Of a stretch of DNA of 45,435 bases, positions 41,185-45,435 are shown piece after piece. The notes below the pieces were generated by a model. The model saw only the letters and a program-made list of their open reading frames with translations. It made no database searches and was not told the DNA's origin. Origin of the DNA: an uncultured Ruminococcus sp. (GTDB taxonomy: Bacteria; Bacillota; Clostridia; Oscillospirales; CAG-272); NCBI GenBank assembly GCA_964424525.1, contig CAYRJG010000001.1:1-45435 (forward strand), written 5' to 3'. The position numbers were made by a program, and so were the translations under genes. Numbering within the stretch: position 1 is the stretch's first letter; every line of letters begins with the position of its first letter.

Positions 41185-42408
41185 TTAATTTGTTTCATAT
41201 ATATCTGCTCCGACCAGTCGAAGCTTATCAACTATATTTTCATAACCGCGGAAAACAATATCCGTCCCATCAAGAACGCTTTCACCTTTTGCAATCAATG
41301 CGGCAATAATAAGAGCTGCTCCGCCACGCAAATCGGGTATTGAAGCATATGCGCGGTGAATCGAGGATGGATAAATCACAGCCTCGTCACCGTTGATGGA
41401 ATAATTGAGCCCAAACTTTGAAAGCTGGCTAAGATATCCGAATCTTGAGTGCCAAACGCGCTCTCTTATTCTGCCACCGAATGCCACAGCCATAAGCGGC
41501 GCAGTTTGAGGTTGAAGATCTGTTGGAAAACCGGGATACGGCTCTGTCACAATATCGAGCGGCTCACAAAGCGAGCATCCGTTAGTTACAGAATTTTCAT
41601 CAAAATAAAGTGACACGCCCCCGCGCATAAGCAGTTTTGTCAAAGATTCAACATGCACAGGATCAACTCCCGTTACCCGAAGGCGCGAATTAGTAGCAAT
41701 CGACGCGATAAGATATGTTCCCGCTTCTATCATATCGGGAATTATTTTTGCCTTTCCGCCCGAAAGCTCTTTTCCTACCACCTCTATGCGGTCTTCAAAA
41801 AATGTTATTTGCGCTCCCGCACTTTTGAGAAAATCCGCAAGTGCCATGACGTGAGGCTCTTTTGCATAGCCGTAAATATTTGACACGCCCTCCGCGCAAG
41901 CGGCAAGAATAAGCGAATTCACCGTTGCTCCAACAGAAATTTTAGAAAAGTGTATATCCGAACCTATAAGCTTCTTTGATAACACTCTGTCACCGTCAAC
42001 AGTAGCACCGAGCGAAAGCATAGCCTCTATATGCATATCTATCGGACGATTATCGAAATTGCAACCGCCAAAATGCTGTATATGAGTTTGACCGAATCTT
42101 GCAAGAGTTGCTCCGAGGAGATAGGATGAAGCTCGAATTGATGAAACAAGCTGTGCATCGGGCAAGGAATAAAACATATCTTCAGTATCTACATATAAAG
42201 CATCATCTAAACGCCAAATGCGCGCTCCCATATTTTCAAGCAAAGCTATGGCGACACGAACATCGATTATATCCGGTACATTGTATAAAACAGAAATACC
42301 GCGCGTTACAATGCAGGCAAAAATTATAGGAAGCGCTGCATTTTTTGATCCGCTGACGTGTATATCTCCGGAGAGCTTTCGCCCACCGTTAATAACGAAT
42401 TTATTCAT
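41185..42408 (-). CDS. murA: UDP-N-acetylglucosamine 1-carboxyvinyltransferase
   Basis: ISGSKNAALP-type N-terminus (VSGSKNAALPII), active-site Cys in GGCNFDNRPID, and LRGGAALIIAAL. Confidence 0.95.
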   Translation of the reverse strand: MNKFVINGGRKLSGDIHVSGSKNAALPIIFACIVTRGISVLYNVPDIIDVRVAIALLENMGARIWRLDDALYVDTEDMFYSLPDAQLVSSIRASSYLLGATLARFGQTHIQHFGGCNFDNRPIDMHIEAMLSLGATVDGDRVLSKKLIGSDIHFSKISVGATVNSLILAACAEGVSNIYGYAKEPHVMALADFLKSAGAQITFFEDRIEVVGKELSGGKAKIIPDMIEAGTYLIASIATNSRLRVTGVDPVHVESLTKLLMRGGVSLYFDENSVTNGCSLCEPLDIVTEPYPGFPTDLQPQTAPLMAVAFGGRIRERVWHSRFGYLSQLSKFGLNYSINGDEAVIYPSSIHRAYASIPDLRGGAALIIAALIAKGESVLDGTDIVFRGYENIVDKLRLVGADIYETN

Positions 42409-42470
42409 ACGACTCTCCGATATGATGTATTTAACATCATCTTATTCGAAGAGCGTTTTTTAGTTACATC

Positions 42471-43520
42471 CTATGAACGAATCTTGTTCATTATATAAGC
42501 CGTTAGCAATCGTGCGGTATTTGAATAACTTTTTGCACCGCGATCATCGCGAAGCGAAAGAGCCGCATCATTTGCCGCATTTGATATTTCTCCGATTTTA
42601 CCGTTACCGAGTAATACAGAAAATTTATAAGACCTCAACAGATCCTCTTTCGCAAATTTGGGAATATTCGAAGATAAGACACTATACTTTTCATAAGATA
42701 TGTGATATAAAGGATACGCCAAATATTCATAAGCGCGCAACGCGGCCGCATAACGCAGATATTGATTATTTGATTCAAACAAAGCACGAAATGCAAAAAG
42801 ATTTGCCTCATCTTCACGCGTAATGCCAAAGAAATGAGCCAGCTCATGCACCGCAGTATACGACATCATATATTCAGGTTGAATACCGTTTATCATGATT
42901 TCCGATGTTGGAAAGGCATAATATGCAAGGATGTTTGCATCGGTAAGGAATTCCGAGAGCAAGGATATTTTAGGCTTGGGCGCACAAACTGCTTTTGAAG
43001 GATAGTCCGCAAAAAAGCTTTTTGTTGCAAAGAGTGACATTTCAAGAATATCTTCTTTATCCGGGGCGGATATTATTTCATCCGATGAAATAACCGATAC
43101 CACCCATTCAGCCGCAGAAATGATATCTGAATCAGAAACATCCCCTACCCCGTGAGAAATTTTATTAGAGTAAACGGAAGGAATCCCCAATGTTACTCCG
43201 TAACAAAGTAAAAGTACTTCAACAGCTACCAGCAACATTGCAGTAGCTTTTTTTATTGGAAAGCGAAAACACTTCCAAACCGCAAGTGCAATTATTATTG
43301 GTGAAAACGCAATAAAAAGCTCAAATATCGAAAGTCCTACAATGGACGTAATTTGTGATAAAAACAGCCGCGCAGGACTCGCAAAATTTATTTCGAGGAA
43401 TTTTGCGAGTGATTCTATTCTATATGAAAGAATAAAAATCACTGCTATAAAAGCAAATAAAAACTGAAGTGCGACAAAAAATATTCTTTTCAGCACCGCT
43501 TTTTTGATATGAATGTTCAT
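42471..43520 (-). CDS. DUF3810-like membrane zinc-metalloprotease-like protein
   Basis: N-terminal TM helices and an HELAH zinc motif (AVHELAHFFGITREDEANLFA). The start is uncertain: ATG 43520 or the track's TTG 43547, neither with a good SD. Confidence 0.78.
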   Translation of the reverse strand: MNIHIKKAVLKRIFFVALQFLFAFIAVIFILSYRIESLAKFLEINFASPARLFLSQITSIVGLSIFELFIAFSPIIIALAVWKCFRFPIKKATAMLLVAVEVLLLCYGVTLGIPSVYSNKISHGVGDVSDSDIISAAEWVVSVISSDEIISAPDKEDILEMSLFATKSFFADYPSKAVCAPKPKISLLSEFLTDANILAYYAFPTSEIMINGIQPEYMMSYTAVHELAHFFGITREDEANLFAFRALFESNNQYLRYAAALRAYEYLAYPLYHISYEKYSVLSSNIPKFAKEDLLRSYKFSVLLGNGKIGEISNAANDAALSLRDDRGAKSYSNTARLLTAYIMNKIRS

Positions 43521-43667
43521 ACCTGTATTTTGTGCGGATAAATGCAAAACATTCTTTTAAACTATCAAATAAAACGTAGTATAAGTATACTTCGAATTAA
43601 ATTATGTGTCAATAACCAAAATGCGAAAAAAAAATATATCCACATAAGAAAATTACGGATGTAAATG

Positions 43668-43696
43668 TTGACAATTATTTTTGCGAGGTGTATACT
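43668..43696 (+). promoter_or_regulatory. Promoter candidate for the beta-helix protein gene
   Basis: TTGACA (43668-43673), 17-nt spacer, TATACT (43691-43696). It overlaps the track's GTG 43688 start, which I therefore reject. Confidence 0.6.
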
Positions 43697-43747
43697 AAAG
43701 GTAGCAAAAAACAATGGAGAGCATATCTTTATTTAAGGAGCTACACT

Positions 43748-45196
43748 ATGAACGAGAAAATTCTTAACTATGAACAATTCGGTGCGGTTGGTGACGGTAT
43801 AACAGATGATATGCCCGCAATAGTTGCCTGCCATAACTATGCAAACGAAAACGGACTCACGGTCACCGTGCGTAACGGTGCAACATATTATATTGGTAAG
43901 CGCGATCTTACAGCAACCATAAAAACAAGCGTAAATTTCGGAACGGCAAAATTCATAATTGATGACAGAGAGCTTGATAATATCAAGACGTCGATTTTCA
44001 ATGTTGCAGAAGACGAAGCTCCTTACGATATTGACATTTCATCACTCTCACAGAATCAAAAAAAGCTGGATTTCCCTCACACGGGTGATGCCTATGTAAG
44101 AATTTTTACCGACAGTCGCAAAATATATATCAGAAAAGGTCTTAACCAAAACGCAGGCGACAATCCTTCGGATTGCTTTATTGTTGATAATGACGGCAAT
44201 ATCAAAAACGAAATCAACTGGAACTATCCGACAATATCAAAAGCATACGCGAAGTCGATAAACGATAAACCTATAACTATTGAGGGCGGTGTTTTCACGA
44301 CCGTTGCAAACCGCGCTCCCTCAAAATATACCTATCACAGAAGAAATTTTCGCATTTCAAGATCCAATGTCACGATAAAAGGACTTACCCACTACATTGT
44401 AGGTGAAGGTGACCACGGAGCTCCGTACGAAGGATTTATTTCAGCTCAGGAGTGCTATAATTTCACTGCCGAAAATCTCCTCTTGACTCCGCACTTTACA
44501 TATATGACTGCAAGCCAGATTCCCGGCAAGGAAGTTTCTATGGGAACTTATGAGCTTTCATTTAGCGCGGCAATAAAAGCACGGCTCATTGGAATCAAAC
44601 AGACTATTGACATCAACGATAACAGATATTGGGGACTTATGGGATCTAATTATTCAAAGGAGATCTCACTTACCGATTGCGTAATGTCGCGATTTGACGC
44701 GCATTGTGGAGTAACTAACGGAAGTATCAAAAATTGCGTTCTCGGTCATCACGGACTCAACCTTATAGGTTTTGGAAAATTTGTTATCGAAAATACAACG
44801 GTTCGCGGTGGCGCGCTCGTCAATTTCAGACCTGATTACGGCTCATTCTTCGACGGTGAACTTACAATCAAAAACTGCACTTGGGTGCCTAGAGCTGTTA
44901 ATCCAAGCTCTATATTCTCCGCGCACAATACGGGCGATCACGACTTTGGATACAAATGTATGCTACCCCACATTTTCAAAATTGAAGGTCTTGATATCAA
45001 GCTTTCGAAGGATTGTGAGCTAACTAAACTTTACATTTTGCCAAATTACGACCCTGAATTCAAGCAGGATAAGCCTTTCAAATATCACACGCCCGAAACT
45101 GTTTACCTCTCCGGCATCACAGTTAACCGTGATGTTGAAATTGAACTTTGTGAAGTTACCGAAGAATACCTTGACACTCAAGCTGAGTGCCTTTAG
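43748..45196 (+). CDS. Right-handed beta-helix (pectate-lyase-3 / GH28-related) protein, no signal peptide
   Basis: AAGGAG lies 8 nt before ATG 43748. N-terminal FGAVGDGITDDMPAI motif typical of the Pectate_lyase_3 family. Confidence 0.82.
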   Translation: MNEKILNYEQFGAVGDGITDDMPAIVACHNYANENGLTVTVRNGATYYIGKRDLTATIKTSVNFGTAKFIIDDRELDNIKTSIFNVAEDEAPYDIDISSLSQNQKKLDFPHTGDAYVRIFTDSRKIYIRKGLNQNAGDNPSDCFIVDNDGNIKNEINWNYPTISKAYAKSINDKPITIEGGVFTTVANRAPSKYTYHRRNFRISRSNVTIKGLTHYIVGEGDHGAPYEGFISAQECYNFTAENLLLTPHFTYMTASQIPGKEVSMGTYELSFSAAIKARLIGIKQTIDINDNRYWGLMGSNYSKEISLTDCVMSRFDAHCGVTNGSIKNCVLGHHGLNLIGFGKFVIENTTVRGGALVNFRPDYGSFFDGELTIKNCTWVPRAVNPSSIFSAHNTGDHDFGYKCMLPHIFKIEGLDIKLSKDCELTKLYILPNYDPEFKQDKPFKYHTPETVYLSGITVNRDVEIELCEVTEEYLDTQAECL

Positions 45197-45206
45197 AACG
45201 AAAATC

Positions 45207-45247
45207 TCGCACGGGGAGGCACATTTCCCCGTGCGACAGACATTTTT
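45207..45247 (+). terminator. Rho-independent terminator candidate
   Basis: TCGCACGGGG-10 nt-CCCCGTGCGA. The T-run (ATTTTT) starts 5 nt after the stem. Confidence 0.6.
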
Positions 45248-45266
45248 AGAAACCTACATTTTTTTC

Positions 45267-45295
45267 TTGACTTTTGCTTTTTAATCTGTTATAAT
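45267..45295 (+). promoter_or_regulatory. Promoter candidate for the tRNA gene or operon
   Basis: TTGACT (45267-45272), 17-nt spacer, TATAAT (45290-45295). Confidence 0.65.
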
Positions 45296-45383
45296 AGTAT
45301 GGCACCTTGAGCGACTATCCCGCGAGGGCGCGCGGTAAAGATAGCACTTATTTTATTCCGTATATTCTAAAAACTTAATATTT

Positions 45384-45435
45384 CGGGGTGTGGCGCAGTT
45401 GGTAGCGCGCGACGTTTGGGACGTCGATGCCGCAG
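45384..45435 (+). tRNA. tRNA-Pro (anticodon UGG), 5' two-thirds; truncated by the window end
   Basis: CGGGGTG acceptor strand, TG, D-arm GCGC-AGTTGGTA-GCGC, anticodon arm CGACG-TTTGGGA-CGTCG (UGG at positions 34-36). The sequence stops at the start of the T-arm. Confidence 0.88.

Noticed and set aside
43630-43640. DnaA-box-like TATCCACA, raising the possibility of an origin (the gene order resembles the origin-proximal region of Bacillus)
   Set aside because: It is a single imperfect box with no cluster, and no dnaA or dnaN is in the window.
244-43747. The longest-ORF start codons given by the track at 244, 2373, 13118, 14973, 20365, 26720, 32622, 35425, 43547 and 43688
   Set aside because: In most of these cases an internal ATG, GTG or TTG has a well-spaced GGAGG-type SD, or parallels a paralogue's N-terminus, or the upstream extension overlaps a promoter or the preceding gene. 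The exception is 43547, where neither it nor the internal ATG 43520 has a good SD, so I chose 43520 as the first ATG. The internal starts are used in the feature table and the alternatives are noted there.
43748-45196. The beta-helix (Pectate_lyase_3-like) protein without a signal peptide, considered as a phage tailspike or depolymerase remnant
   Set aside because: No other phage genes are nearby. It has its own housekeeping-style promoter and terminator. The fold is also common in bacterial glycoside hydrolases.
1-45435. CRISPR arrays, rRNA genes, prophage or integrase genes, toxin-antitoxin pairs
   Set aside because: I saw no regularly spaced direct repeats and no rRNA-like conserved stretches. 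The only mobile-element gene is the IS200 tnpA. No small overlapping two-gene pairs have TA-like features.

Overview
This is a 45.4-kb chromosomal segment that looks like a Clostridia-type Firmicute, judging by gene content, GGAGG Shine-Dalgarno sites, TTGACA-17-TATAAT promoters and ATGA-coupled operons.

Layout:
- 1-5.7 kb: a G+C-richer accessory module. It holds a putative glycoside-hydrolase-like protein, an IS200-type insertion sequence, an AraC regulator and an ADP-ribosylglycohydrolase-family protein. A tRNA-T-arm-like repeat and a 27-nt motif punctuate it.
- 6-8.7 kb: an operon of HAD phosphatase, Endo IV-like TIM barrel, hypoxanthine-DNA glycosylase and YcxB.
- 8.8-18 kb: an AT-rich island of the envelope-stress / antimicrobial-peptide type. 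It holds cardiolipin synthase, two tandem BcrA/LanF-type ABC pairs, an OmpR-type regulator with an intramembrane-sensing kinase, and trailing membrane proteins. A paralogous pair of small 2-TM proteins brackets the ABC/two-component part (10.5-18 kb). Three promoters in the island share an A-rich upstream box.
- 18-20.4 kb: a C-terminally truncated MocR regulator, a HAD gene remnant, and an orphan pair of PqqD plus a SipW-like peptidase.
- 20.5-45.4 kb: mostly housekeeping genes (eno, metG-tatD-radical SAM, holB-ricT-ferredoxin-methyltransferases, cysE, yajC, pdxK, murA, partial tRNA-Pro). Two genes interrupt this: a 777-aa secreted protein and a 1260-aa protein with a DUF4011 / SF1-helicase / Vsr-like (Hhe-like) architecture.

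In the Hhe-like protein, Walker A, Walker B and other catalytic boxes look degenerate although the ORF is intact. This is the most defence-system-like oddity in the window.

I saw no CRISPR array, rRNA or prophage. I cannot demonstrate a clean new multi-gene system from sequence alone, so the candidates are listed as findings with explicit tests.
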